Shown here: in pieces, positions 38,808-48,509 of the stretch
How the letters are laid out: each line of letters starts with the position of its first letter
Position numbering within the stretch: position 1 is the stretch's first letter
IMG/VR virus record: IMGVR_UViG_3300042387_000725
Span: 25,156-89,155 of that record
Source: a virus
Length of the DNA stretch: 64,000 nt
Direction: 5' to 3' (one strand)
Notes under the pieces: generated by a model
The model's database searches: none
Seen by the model: only the letters and a program-made list of their open reading frames with translations
What the model was told of the DNA's origin: nothing
Position numbers and translations under genes: made by a program

Positions 38808-39140
38808 TTAAGAAAGTTCTGATCCATATGCTGCAAAAGATATATTTGCGGTTGATGGATAAACCAAAATTTTATCTGACGCAGCAAGAGTTACTCCCAT
38901 TGTTAAAATGACAGTATCATTTGCAGCAACTGTTGTTCCATAAACTAAATAATGTTTTGCTGTAGTTGTAGAGTCTGCAGCAGGTCTTACTGCAATTCTA
39001 AAAGTTGCAGATGTTCCAGCCTGATTACAAATTACAATACTTGAAACTATTGACTGAGTAAGCGATGGAACTGTATATAGAGTTGCTTCTGTCGTTGCAG
39101 AAGGATTTGACTGACCTAATACTTTATATGTTGTTGGCAT
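38808..39140 (-). CDS. Small beta-rich virion protein
   Basis: YKVLGQSNP...TLYTVP...FAAYGSE pattern seen in fibre-associated proteins. Confidence 0.6.
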   Translation of the reverse strand: MPTTYKVLGQSNPSATTEATLYTVPSLTQSIVSSIVICNQAGTSATFRIAVRPAADSTTTAKHYLVYGTTVAANDTVILTMGVTLAASDKILVYPSTANISFAAYGSELS

Positions 39141-39169
39141 TTTTTCTCCCTAACCTTTATTTTATCACA

Positions 39170-39538
39170 CTAACAGCCCATAAGCATAAATATGTTTGGG
39201 GTTGGATCTGAATCTGCTGCCACCTGTACCCAAGCAGATCCGCTATAGTACTGAAGCTGATTTATTGTATTGCCAGAAGAATCTTGACGTAAAAATGCAA
39301 GAGTTCCTGAAACTGGAGAGGGTATTGCTGTATCACGTGCAGCTGGATTAAGATAATTATTTATACCCTTTTTTGCAATAAATATATCTGATGCGGTAAG
39401 GGATGAAAGATGATTATGTGTTCCAGTCCACTCAAAAGTTCCAGATATATCTGTTTTTCCAGAGACTTGATACCAAGTATCATCTGCTAGGCTATATACG
39501 TATGCTGCCTTACCGTCTGAATCAAATGCTGTTGGCAT
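39170..39538 (-). CDS. Minor tail protein
   Basis: AARDTAIPSP...LQYYSGSAW fibre motif. Confidence 0.6.
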   Translation of the reverse strand: MPTAFDSDGKAAYVYSLADDTWYQVSGKTDISGTFEWTGTHNHLSSLTASDIFIAKKGINNYLNPAARDTAIPSPVSGTLAFLRQDSSGNTINQLQYYSGSAWVQVAADSDPTPNIFMLMGC

Positions 39539-40020
39539 TATGCACCTATCTCATCCCACTCTGAAGTATCTGCATTCCAAACATACATAGTTAATGGACT
39601 AGATCCTTTTTCAATCCAAATTAAACCATTTGCAAGATTTGTTGTTGGTGCAGTTTCTGTATAAACAGATGTTGCAGAATAGTACCCAACTCCAGCAGAA
39701 GAATCTTTATCTAACCAAACATACCCATTTGGTATTGTGTTAGAAAATGCTGTAAAAGCTGACGATGTAGGAGCTGTAGTGCTTACTCTTGAAATATCTC
39801 TTGCTGCAACTTCTAGTGCGGCTTTTGTAGTAATTTGATTTTGTAAACTATTAATTGTATAGGCAATTGATGGATTTAAAAGTTCTGAAGCTTCAGTTTC
39901 TGCTGTATCAAAATCATAGGATCCATAGTGATATGCCCTAAGAGCATCCTGAATATTAGCATCATCAATTAATGCTGGAATCTTTGTTGGTACCAGATTT
40001 CCTATATTTTCTACAGCCAT
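39538..40020 (-). CDS. Minor tail protein
   Basis: GYVWLD/GLIWIE repeats; tail-cluster synteny. Confidence 0.55.
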   Translation of the reverse strand: MAVENIGNLVPTKIPALIDDANIQDALRAYHYGSYDFDTAETEASELLNPSIAYTINSLQNQITTKAALEVAARDISRVSTTAPTSSAFTAFSNTIPNGYVWLDKDSSAGVGYYSATSVYTETAPTTNLANGLIWIEKGSSPLTMYVWNADTSEWDEIGA

Positions 40021-40055
40021 TTATCTTCACCTCTTTTAAGATTATACCATTTTTA

Positions 40056-40634
40056 TTAAACTATGGATATAAAAACGTGTACCTTTCTTAATCCATTAGG
40101 AAGTGTTGCCCAACTTCCAGAACTATAGTGAGCTGCATTTATATTAATTACTAGGTTTGTTCCTGATCCAGCAAGTTCTGGAATTTCTAATGAAGAAGCA
40201 ATTGGAGTAGTTCCCTCAATTTGATACTGAATACTAAAGTTTGAAGCAGAAAGTGGTGATCCAGTAACAGTAACAATATTAGAAATAGGAATGGTTATTG
40301 ATCCAGATCCAGATGTAAACTGAACAGTTTTAATTGATGAGTAAATTGCTGGGCTAACTCGCAAAGCCTCGTCCCAGGTATTTCCTCCAGGAGCAGAGAT
40401 GTACTGATACATATATCCATAGTCAGCACCTGGAGATGTATTAATATAGATATCATTTAAAATTAACGATTGTTCTAAAATAACTCCATCAGTTGTTATT
40501 TCATTTGGATTACCTTCGCCAACTATAATCTTGTTTCCACGAATTCCTTGTGGACCAATATCAACTAGAACATCAATTTGATCTGGTGGACCTAATACTA
40601 CAACATTTTCGGTATTTAATAGAACGTCAACCAT
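40056..40634 (-). CDS. Virion structural protein
   Basis: VDIGPQGIRG short collagen-like motif; synteny. Confidence 0.55.
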   Translation of the reverse strand: MVDVLLNTENVVVLGPPDQIDVLVDIGPQGIRGNKIIVGEGNPNEITTDGVILEQSLILNDIYINTSPGADYGYMYQYISAPGGNTWDEALRVSPAIYSSIKTVQFTSGSGSITIPISNIVTVTGSPLSASNFSIQYQIEGTTPIASSLEIPELAGSGTNLVININAAHYSSGSWATLPNGLRKVHVFISIV

Positions 40635-40636
40635 GT

Positions 40637-40984
40637 TTATGAAACTGCCCCAGTAATATCATCTGTAACAGTTATAGATCCTGTTAAAATTGTATAAATT
40701 ACTGATGGCCCACTAGTTATTTGAACATCATAAAGATAAGTTCCAGCGACTAAGTTTCTTCCTACACCTGGCAAAATTGTACAAGTGACTGTAGCTGCAG
40801 ATGAGCTCACAACTGCCTGTGCTTCATACTGTGTTGCACCTGCTCCTCTGGCTGTTGCAATAAAAAACTTTCCAGTGAATCCACTTAAATTGAAGGCTTC
40901 TCCATTTGATGTTTTAGGACGTATGACAAACTCAGCTGTATCACCACGATAGTAATTAAAATTATATGAACCTGGAAATGACAT
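40637..40984 (-). CDS. BppU-like Ig-fold adaptor
   Basis: YYRGDT...YLYDVQI...TILTGSITVTDDIT. Confidence 0.62.
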   Translation of the reverse strand: MSFPGSYNFNYYRGDTAEFVIRPKTSNGEAFNLSGFTGKFFIATARGAGATQYEAQAVVSSSAATVTCTILPGVGRNLVAGTYLYDVQITSGPSVIYTILTGSITVTDDITGAVS

Positions 40985-41009
40985 TTTTTCCTCCTCTATT
41001 ATTATACCA

Positions 41010-41726
41010 TCAAGAAACTGATATATGTAAAGATTTTAACCTTACAGCGCTTGGGCTATCTGTTCTTATCTGTGGTATTCCACCAAAAATTTGAGACTGT
41101 TTGTCTGTTACTGCAAAATTTTGTTCTATAGAAAAATTATAAACATATTGATATTTTAACATTCCAACATAAGTGGTAGGTGTATAGATAATGTCTGACA
41201 ATAGGGTTCTCATCCAAACTTCAACTCCATTTGAAAAGGGCTCTATTTCTATATCATAGCGAACCGATATCATTGCGCCAATATTTAATGTTTTAAAATT
41301 AATTCTTTTAGCTTCTTGATTCCATAAAGAAATTGAGCCTTTTGGAATATAATCTTCTATTGTGTTTTTACCAATACCATCAATAAATACATTGACCCAT
41401 CCATCTTCTCCTTGATCTGCACCAAGTCTAAAAACTTTTTCTTTTAGACTATCGTAAAATGCCCAACCAATACTTTGCTCTGAAGGAGATAAAACATCTC
41501 TACCATTTTTTCCATCTTTTCCATTTTTACCTGGATCTCCTTTATCACCTTTAGGACCAGCAGGTCCTTCTTTTCCAGGCGATCCAGAATCTCCTTTAGG
41601 ACCTCTTTCTCCTTGAGGTCCAGGGACTGGAAGAAAACTTAATGCATTAGCTTCAAAGCTTTCAACATTTTTTGCATAGTTGTTTTTATTGCTAAATGGT
41701 GAATCCATGTTCTTAGAAATAGACAT
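41010..41726 (-). CDS. Collagen-like (Gly-X-Y) fibre protein
   Basis: GPQGERGPKGDSGSPGKEGPAGPKGDKGDPGKNGKDGKNG. Confidence 0.85.
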   Translation of the reverse strand: MSISKNMDSPFSNKNNYAKNVESFEANALSFLPVPGPQGERGPKGDSGSPGKEGPAGPKGDKGDPGKNGKDGKNGRDVLSPSEQSIGWAFYDSLKEKVFRLGADQGEDGWVNVFIDGIGKNTIEDYIPKGSISLWNQEAKRINFKTLNIGAMISVRYDIEIEPFSNGVEVWMRTLLSDIIYTPTTYVGMLKYQYVYNFSIEQNFAVTDKQSQIFGGIPQIRTDSPSAVRLKSLHISVS

Positions 41727-41816
41727 GGGTTATAGATTACCTTTTTACTTTAAAGAACGTGTTTTTAATTTTAATCAATGGTGGAAGTTTGGTTTTAACT
41801 TCAGTAACTTTAACTA

Positions 41817-42221
41817 TCATAGACCTGATCCAAAAGTTACATCGCCTAGAACGCATATTCTTCCTATGACTGGAGTCCAAACAGTATCTGATATTTCTCC
41901 AGACTCTGCTGGAATTGTTACCTCAAGATCAAAAATTAATTCTGCAACAATGTTTCTATAAGCAGTACCCCAGTTTGATGTTACTGAGCTAGGAGCAGTT
42001 ATAATTACATAACCGTCTCCAGGAGTCACTTCTAGTTGGTCAAGTAGGTCTCCGCTAGGATCATATGCTGTAGCAATGTATGTCCAGTCAGATGTGTCAA
42101 ACAATGTCTCTTCGTCGTTTTCAAAAAAATCTACACGGAACTCTGAGGTATCTCCACGGACAACGGTCCATTGTATATTTGCTGGGGAAGCCCCAAATTT
42201 TTCTATTGAAGGAGAGCACAT
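41817..42221 (-). CDS. BppU-like Ig-fold adaptor
   Basis: WTVVRGDT...LIFDLEV...WTPVIGRICVLGDVT; leaderless TATAAT-7nt-ATG. Confidence 0.6.
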   Translation of the reverse strand: MCSPSIEKFGASPANIQWTVVRGDTSEFRVDFFENDEETLFDTSDWTYIATAYDPSGDLLDQLEVTPGDGYVIITAPSSVTSNWGTAYRNIVAELIFDLEVTIPAESGEISDTVWTPVIGRICVLGDVTFGSGL

Positions 42222-42521
42222 AATAAAGATTATACCATTAAATAAAATGCTGAACACCTAGACGCAGTGGGGTGGGGTAGAATCTAGGTGCCAGCGCTCT
42301 AAATTATATATGATTATTTAAATAAAACCAGATATACAATAGTTTTATAACAAATAGTTATGTAATTAATATCGTTATAAAAGAGTTATAAAAGTATATA
42401 TAACAAATGTCCGTTTTGTCTAAATAGGCCAGAGTATTGATGGTGTATACTTAAAATATATAAAGAAAAGAAATAACTAACTAGTAAGGTTTTTAATATA
42501 TCTTATATATTATATATATAG

Positions 42522-42734
42522 TTACTTGTTATGATCTTTAATATGTTCAATCAAAAGATCAAACATTTTGTCAGTTTTATCTTCAAGTCTGGTGACTGAA
42601 TCTTTTAATGATGATCCTGAGTTCGGTTTAAGTTCGCTTAGATAATGTTTAATCAAAAAATTAATAACACCGAATATAACTCCGCCGATTGAGAGTACTG
42701 TAAGAATAAATGCTGCCCAGTCTTGTGGAGTCAT
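42522..42734 (-). CDS. Small single-TM membrane protein (holin-like)
   Basis: N-terminal TM helix then LKPNSGSSLKDSVTRLE coiled coil, a pattern known from actinophage lysis-region membrane proteins. Confidence 0.6.
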   Translation of the reverse strand: MTPQDWAAFILTVLSIGGVIFGVINFLIKHYLSELKPNSGSSLKDSVTRLEDKTDKMFDLLIEHIKDHNK

Positions 42735-42894
42735 AAGATGAATTATATCATTATATAAGATCAATCCTTAAAATTCGGCGGGATACGAGTCAAGCCGAAA
42801 AATAGAGGTAACAAACCACATAAGACATATATGAGTAGTACCTACTCAATAGCGTCTAATAGGATGGATTTCTATACTTGCTTGATATCCCGTT

Positions 42895-43515
42895 ATGGAG
42901 TATACTTTAAAAGTGCTAGATACAATAAGACAAATCCTAACTTCTGGTTTGATAGAGAAACTAAAAATACATCACAGTGTATATCGCCTTCCCTGTACAT
43001 CTGAATTTCTAGAAGAATTAATATCAAATGTTCTGGCAGAGAATGGTTTTGCAAATGACTGGAAACCCAATAGGAGCCATTCTGTCAGTGTAGATATGAC
43101 TTTGGACAGTGGAGCTACCCTTTCTATCAAGTCAGGCGTGTATGACCCTGCTAAGGGCGTTTTAAAGTTCTCTGGATCAAGGCTTGGTAAACACAATAGC
43201 TTAGAAGATATGTTAAGTCATGTTGTGTCTACTAGTGCGGATTACTATGTATGTGTTTCTAAAGCAGACCAGGATTGGTCTTCTATCCCCTCGCAAAATG
43301 AGAAAAAGACATATTATTTATTTGTATTTGATAAAACCAATTTAAATTATCAAACCGATACATGGTTTAAAAAAGAAAATAAAGATGGTGGATTTAAATA
43401 TCACATGGAGATAGATGGAATGAATGCCTCTATTGTTCCTAGCTTGTCTTACCAGTTATGGACTACTGTTTCAGAGTCTCTTATTGGTTCCCCGACAAAA
43501 CTTGAAATTCAATAA
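42895..43515 (+). CDS. Hypothetical protein, possible PD-(D/E)XK-like nuclease
   Basis: LEELI...SVDMTL...LSIKSG spacing resembles restriction-endonuclease folds; weak evidence. Confidence 0.35.
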   Translation: MEYTLKVLDTIRQILTSGLIEKLKIHHSVYRLPCTSEFLEELISNVLAENGFANDWKPNRSHSVSVDMTLDSGATLSIKSGVYDPAKGVLKFSGSRLGKHNSLEDMLSHVVSTSADYYVCVSKADQDWSSIPSQNEKKTYYLFVFDKTNLNYQTDTWFKKENKDGGFKYHMEIDGMNASIVPSLSYQLWTTVSESLIGSPTKLEIQ

Positions 43516-43560
43516 TGTCTTTGATATACTTAATATAGCCAAACAAAAGGAGAAAATAAT

Positions 43561-43746
43561 ATGAACAGAGAAGAAGTTATAGATCTTATGATCGCAAGCA
43601 TTAATGCTGACAATCGTGAAATTTGTCAAAGAGGAAGTATGCCAGAAGAGCAGATTGAAAAGTCTATAGAAGAGAGCCAGCCTTCACTATACTTCATAGT
43701 AGGCAATCTTTATGATAAGCTAAAAGAGCTTAACGTAATTTCCTAA
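43561..43746 (+). CDS. Hypothetical protein
   Basis: SD aaggag, TATACT -10. Confidence 0.7.
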   Translation: MNREEVIDLMIASINADNREICQRGSMPEEQIEKSIEESQPSLYFIVGNLYDKLKELNVIS

Positions 43747-43893
43747 GCTTTAGTTGTTATGGGATTGGAAAGTCTGGTGCATCAAGTGGCACAGATGAAT
43801 GAGGATTGGTGCAAGTACATTCGTTGCAGCAAAGTCCATAAATTCTTTTTTCTGTTGTAGTTTCTTCGCTCATAGATCTATTGTATCAGATTT

Positions 43894-44592
43894 CTAATTA
43901 AAAGTATTTTTTCTTGGAAATAAGAAAGCAAATGATGTAGCGACATACTTTGTTCCGCTGACAATTGGAGTTGTTCCATGTGTGAATTCTTTACTTGCAC
44001 CATGAATTACTAGATCGCCAGATTGTGGACGATATGTAATATTTTTTTCTGGATAGTAAAGCTCTCCGCCTTCAAAGTTATCATTGATATACAATACCAA
44101 ACCCCAATCAGATTCTATTGGGCAATATTCACTTGAGTCGTGATGTGGAGGAAATACATCTCCAATCTCATACTTCATAATGTTCATAATTGGTAGAGGA
44201 CTGTACAAACCATCAAATAGAGGATTAAAGTCTATGTCGGAAATGCTAAGTCCTTTTCCAACAATATCAATAAGCCTATTGTCCATCATTTTAGGATTTG
44301 GATTTGTTTCATCTACCCTAAATGTGTTATTTTTATTTTCTTTTAAAAAGTCCATAACTTCTTTTACTTGATCTTGCGAGATAAAATCGCTAATAACGTA
44401 TATACCAGGAATTACTTCTTCAAGGTTTGGATGCTTAGGCACTGTTCGTATTTTGTAATCCCAGTCCTTTTTAAATTTTTCATTTATCTTAAGGTGAGTG
44501 TTGTCGCAAAAAGGATAGTTAGCAGAATAGCCACATATGCATTCTGTTTTATCTGTTTTCTTATATCCACCATCAACTTCTGAATTACTCAT
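43894..44592 (-). CDS. CDGSH Fe-S finger fused to 2OG-Fe(II) oxygenase
   Basis: CICGYSANYPFCDNTH, then HHD...YINDNFEGGEL...HGT...KY. Confidence 0.85.
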   Translation of the reverse strand: MSNSEVDGGYKKTDKTECICGYSANYPFCDNTHLKINEKFKKDWDYKIRTVPKHPNLEEVIPGIYVISDFISQDQVKEVMDFLKENKNNTFRVDETNPNPKMMDNRLIDIVGKGLSISDIDFNPLFDGLYSPLPIMNIMKYEIGDVFPPHHDSSEYCPIESDWGLVLYINDNFEGGELYYPEKNITYRPQSGDLVIHGASKEFTHGTTPIVSGTKYVATSFAFLFPRKNTFN

Positions 44593-44722
44593 GTTTATTA
44601 CTTGGCTTTTCTGTATCTTCCCAGAAAGCAGCTCTACCCATGTTGTCTGTTGGTATGATTGGCTTTGATTCAAAGTGGAACTCTTCGTCCCAGGCATTTT
44701 CTAAATTGTCTAATATTCCCAT
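44585..44722 (-). CDS. Small hypothetical protein (MGILDNLENAWD...)
   Basis: Leaderless TATAAT-7nt-ATG, 45 aa, overlaps the next start. Confidence 0.55.
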   Translation of the reverse strand: MGILDNLENAWDEEFHFESKPIIPTDNMGRAAFWEDTEKPSNKHE

Positions 44723-44856
44723 ACCGTCCATTATACCTGAAATCTGAAAAATTTTTCATTTTGAGAAAATCTGAATATTTTGTTCATATGTACGATATGT
44801 AATTTAAAAAAAATAAATAGAAAAAATTAGTGAGCACACTAAGGGGATCACTCCCC

Positions 44857-45030
44857 CTAGGCGACTCCTTGCATATAGCCATCTATGCCTAGCAAGTCAC
44901 AAGTAATCTTGACTCTTTGATTTTTGTGCAATGTTGATTTAAATAATTCAATAAAGTCATAGACCTCTTGCTTATTGTTTAGCGTAATGTTGCGAGTGTT
45001 ACCCGCCATAGATGTTAGTGTTATTTTCAT
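44857..45030 (-). CDS. Small hypothetical protein, paralog of 48510-48692
   Basis: MKITLTSMAG...VKITCDLLGIDG versus VKIACDTLGITG. Confidence 0.7.
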   Translation of the reverse strand: MKITLTSMAGNTRNITLNNKQEVYDFIELFKSTLHKNQRVKITCDLLGIDGYMQGVA

Positions 45031-45194
45031 TTAGTTACCTTGATTTCTTGAACGTTAGCAGAGAACTTAACTTTTTTTCCTAGGTCGCTATCATTTAGCG
45101 TATTGACTACCTTGTCAATATCCTTGATATCTGTAGCGATGTTATCAATAGATAGCAAACGGCTACCCTGCCATAGTGAGTATGTGATTGTCAT
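45027..45194 (-). CDS. Small hypothetical protein
   Basis: MTITYSLWQG..., SD aaggag, ATGA coupling. Confidence 0.65.
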   Translation of the reverse strand: MTITYSLWQGSRLLSIDNIATDIKDIDKVVNTLNDSDLGKKVKFSANVQEIKVTK

Positions 45195-45302
45195 TTAGTT
45201 ATTCTCCTTAGTAGTGCATAGACATGGTGTGATTGTAATTGTGTTACCCTGTTGGATAACCTGTGCAAGTGTATTGCATGAGTCGCATAGATAGATGTGC
45301 AT
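45195..45302 (-). CDS. Cys-rich microprotein (CDSC...CLC)
   Basis: 35 aa, abutting start and stop codons. Confidence 0.55.
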   Translation of the reverse strand: MHIYLCDSCNTLAQVIQQGNTITITPCLCTTKENN

Positions 45303-45479
45303 TTATTTAATACCTACAATCTTATCCGCATGGATAGCGTTATCCGCACACCATAGGTTGCATGAGCAAGTATCCTTACCTAAACGCATATTGTTTAGTA
45401 GGTGGCGCTTATACTGTTGTATAAAGCCAAAGTTGTGAAGTACAGGATGTACATATCCTGATTTGTTTAGTGTAGTCAT
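45303..45479 (-). CDS. Small hypothetical protein
   Basis: SD agaaaggtgg; 58 aa. Confidence 0.6.
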   Translation of the reverse strand: MTTLNKSGYVHPVLHNFGFIQQYKRHLLNNMRLGKDTCSCNLWCADNAIHADKIVGIK

Positions 45480-45633
45480 TGTGTGACCACCTTTCTTTTA
45501 ATGTGTTAGCGATTTGCTAACGCTTTCCTTGACCTAGGTTATTTGCTCTTATTTGCTACGCTCACCCTATTGCTAGGTTTATTTGGTAGGCTCAGAGGCT
45601 CACTAGGATTTCTTATTTAATTTTATAGTAGTA

Positions 45634-45762
45634 ATACTAGCACACATTTGGCTAAAAGTCAAGCATTTAGGGGTGTGTTTCGTATCACATTTTAGGGGGT
45701 ATTTCCTAAGCACTATTTAATTGTTATAGGAGTATCCTATCACATACCCTGCCAAAAGTCAA
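45634..45762 (-). promoter_or_regulatory. Two tandem sigma-A-like promoters (TTGACT-18-TAGTAT; TTGACT-17-TAGGAT)
   Basis: Both read cttgacttttNgc...tgtgNta and are followed by similar tactNctataaNaattaaata-like leaders. Confidence 0.75.
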
Positions 45763-45991
45763 GTCCTAGCACGGCGTGTCGCATGTGATATACACCACAC
45801 GACCCGAGGTTATCCACATGACGCACATCACACCCCTATTTCACGCTCAAGTTATCCACATGACCTAAGTCACATTTCAAAATGTCCGTTTTGTCCTACT
45901 TACTGGCTGGTAGATGTCAGACCCCCCTGTTATACTTACAGTATCAAAAGAAAATAAAGATTTAGAAAAAAAAGAAAGGTTAGGTCTAAAA

Positions 45992-46267
45992 ATGACTAAC
46001 ACTAAAGTAAATAAGTGCAAAGATATCTCTTGCACACACTCTGCAACATTCGCAGAGCGTTGGGTTATAAACGCTAATGGTAGCGTTACCCTAAAGCATG
46101 GTCAGAAGTGGCACTTCTGCACTACATGCGACAAGGTAGTCCATAAGGACTACATTCGCCACCATGAAGTAAAATGTGCTTCATTCTATAAAATGCAAGA
46201 AAATTGCATAGCAAAAAATCACTATGGACTAGGTTTCCATAGCGAAGGTATCGCTTGCAATATGTAA
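45992..46267 (+). CDS. Cys/His-rich hypothetical protein (C2H2-like)
   Basis: CTTCD...HHEVKC; SD gaaagg. Confidence 0.65.
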   Translation: MTNTKVNKCKDISCTHSATFAERWVINANGSVTLKHGQKWHFCTTCDKVVHKDYIRHHEVKCASFYKMQENCIAKNHYGLGFHSEGIACNM

Positions 46268-46316
46268 GCAATACTTAAAATAAAATAAAATTAACTAAAA
46301 AGAAAGGTGGTTCAAA

Positions 46317-46547
46317 ATGAACTACACACTAAACACTCTCCCAGTAGAGTATGCAAACAGAATTGTTTGCTGTTTCTGTTCAAAATATTCAACAGATGAT
46401 TTCTGTTGGAATTGCATGGAATACAAGGGCTTAATGACCCTTGCTGAATTCATGTCTATCTACTCAATAAGTGAGTGGGTTGCTGATGAAGCAGATGAAT
46501 TATCTGCTAAGTTAGATTCACTAATTGCGAAAGGAGAATATAAATAA
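46317..46547 (+). CDS. Zn-ribbon microprotein
   Basis: CCFC...CWNC; SD agaaaggtgg. Confidence 0.7.
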   Translation: MNYTLNTLPVEYANRIVCCFCSKYSTDDFCWNCMEYKGLMTLAEFMSIYSISEWVADEADELSAKLDSLIAKGEYK

Positions 46548-46756
46548 TGAGTATTGAAATCTTTCGCATGAACGAATCTGGCGCAGGCTGGGTTGATATT
46601 GAATCTGCAACTACTGTAGAATTGCTAGACTTAGAATTAGCAATAACATTTAATGCACCAATGCAAATGCTTTGCTTTAAATGCCATACACCAATTCCAA
46701 AAGGTAATGTGTGTGCATCACATAAAAATATTCGTGGCGCAATTTATTTTGAATAA
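46547..46756 (+). CDS. Zn-finger microprotein
   Basis: CFKC...CASH; TAATG coupling. Confidence 0.7.
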   Translation: MSIEIFRMNESGAGWVDIESATTVELLDLELAITFNAPMQMLCFKCHTPIPKGNVCASHKNIRGAIYFE

Positions 46757-47010
46757 ATAATTTTTGCGATCACTGAAAAAATCCCGAGCACCTGTGGATA
46801 ACTTTGTCAAGTTCATCTACGGCGTGTCGCAAAAAATCTTTGAAAATGACCAGATTGTGACCAGTCCATGTGACCTACATCTCATGTGACCTACCTCACA
46901 AAGTCCTAAATGTCCGTTTTATACCCCTCAAAATGTCAGACCCCTCTGTTATACTTCTATATATAGAAGGTTGAAAAAGAAGTAAACCCCTTAAAGAAAG
47001 GAAGTCCAAA

Positions 47011-47196
47011 ATGACTTCACTAAACACAATAGTATGCGATACGCATACACCTCAAATGTCCGCTGTTTCAACTGTCTGCAATATGGCATTTGATGAACAA
47101 TTTACTTTCTGCACTACATGTGAACAGAATATTGAAAGATGGGCTGATATTGATAACCCATTCTCTCCATGGTCTAAGTGGAAGGTGTCTAACTAA
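47011..47196 (+). CDS. Cys-rich microprotein
   Basis: CDTH...CTTC; SD agaaagga. Confidence 0.7.
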   Translation: MTSLNTIVCDTHTPQMSAVSTVCNMAFDEQFTFCTTCEQNIERWADIDNPFSPWSKWKVSN

Positions 47197-47381
47197 TGAG
47201 TACACCTACACTTATTCTTTCTCATATGCCTTTAACAAAAGTTTTCTTGCGTGGCACAAAACAATTCTTGTGTTGCGAGGAAATGCAAACAGCAATTTAT
47301 TGCGATGAACATTTTCAATTTCAAGGTTGCCAATATTGCAACTTTGACCTAACTGCCTCAGAATGTGAGTGTGAAAAATAA
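47196..47381 (+). CDS. Cys-rich microprotein
   Basis: CCEE..CDEH..CQYC..CEC; TAATG coupling. Confidence 0.7.
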   Translation: MSTPTLILSHMPLTKVFLRGTKQFLCCEEMQTAIYCDEHFQFQGCQYCNFDLTASECECEK

Positions 47382-47965
47382 TGAGTACACTATATGCTCT
47401 CCGTAGTATCTGCGGAAAAACAACTTCATATGTAGACGCATATGACATAAACCTAAACCCTGAAGGGTCTATCTGTTGCGATAATTGCAACTCAATTCTA
47501 ATCTGCCGTAAGGCTTGGGACTATCTCTATAAGGAGGTCAAATAATGACTAAATACAATGTGCTTATATCTTATGTCGTAGAGGCAGAAGATGAAATGAG
47601 AGCGGTATTCGCTCTGCAAAAATCACTCTACCCACTTAGCGAAAATGAAATTGCTAAGTTTGACGCTTTCCATGTTGAGGAGGTTCAATAATGATAACAA
47701 TTAACTGTCGCACTTGCGATGAACCTGTTGAGTCAATGTGGCTTGATGTGAATGATGTTGTTACTTGCCCTGATTGTTGGGGTGAGTAATGACAAGCACT
47801 CAGTTGATAGATGTACTTAATACATGCCGCAAAATCCGTGGCAACAATCATGATTCAGGCACTCACTATTTGCTTGGATATCTTTGGGCAAGTTTTTCAG
47901 ATAAAGAAAAATTGCGTATTGCAAAATTATTTGAAAAAGATTTAAAAGAAATTCAAAACGAATAA
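47381..47965 (+). CDS. Four coupled microproteins (47381-47545, 47545-47691, 47691-47789, 47789-47965)
   Basis: Chain of TAATG overlaps; two carry CxxC pairs. Confidence 0.65.
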
Positions 47966-48229
47966 AAATTCATAACACTGCATAAATATTTGGGGCCGAG
48001 CTGCTCGGCGCAGACGGCGTGTCGCTTTAAGACAAATGTAGTTAAGATCACAAAAAATATTTTCCCATTTTACGGCGTGTCAATTTGACAGACAAAACGG
48101 ACATTTTTTGTGTGACCTTTATCACAAATGCCACGCTCCACATAGTGAGACAAATGCCCCTAGAATTGGAAAATGTCAGCCCAAAATGCTATACTTAGAA
48201 TATAAAGAAACAGAAAAGAAGGTGACACC

Positions 48230-48442
48230 ATGTCAGCAAATGTATACACAATAAAAGACCTACTAGTAGGCACTAACTATCACTCACGCACCCTACAAGG
48301 TGAAATTGTATCAGCAGAGGAACACCCTCACGCTGTATGGTATGAGGGTTGCGAAACCTATCTAGTAGAGGTTGCCCCTAATAGCGGTTACAATAATTGG
48401 GGTCGCAAGACCTACCGCACTGTAGCGGTTCGCACCTCATAA
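48230..48442 (+). CDS. Small SH3-like hypothetical protein
   Basis: SD gaaggtg, follows a PafBC-type promoter. Confidence 0.7.
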   Translation: MSANVYTIKDLLVGTNYHSRTLQGEIVSAEEHPHAVWYEGCETYLVEVAPNSGYNNWGRKTYRTVAVRTS

Positions 48443-48509
48443 AATGTCAGTGCCCCTTGCTATAATTAAATAATCAAACAAACAAAAAAAAGAAAGTAGG
48501 AAACTAACT

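Noticed and set aside
44730-44830. AT-rich AAATCTGAA repeat as a genome terminus
   Set aside because: Plausible boundary between arms but cannot be supported without read data.
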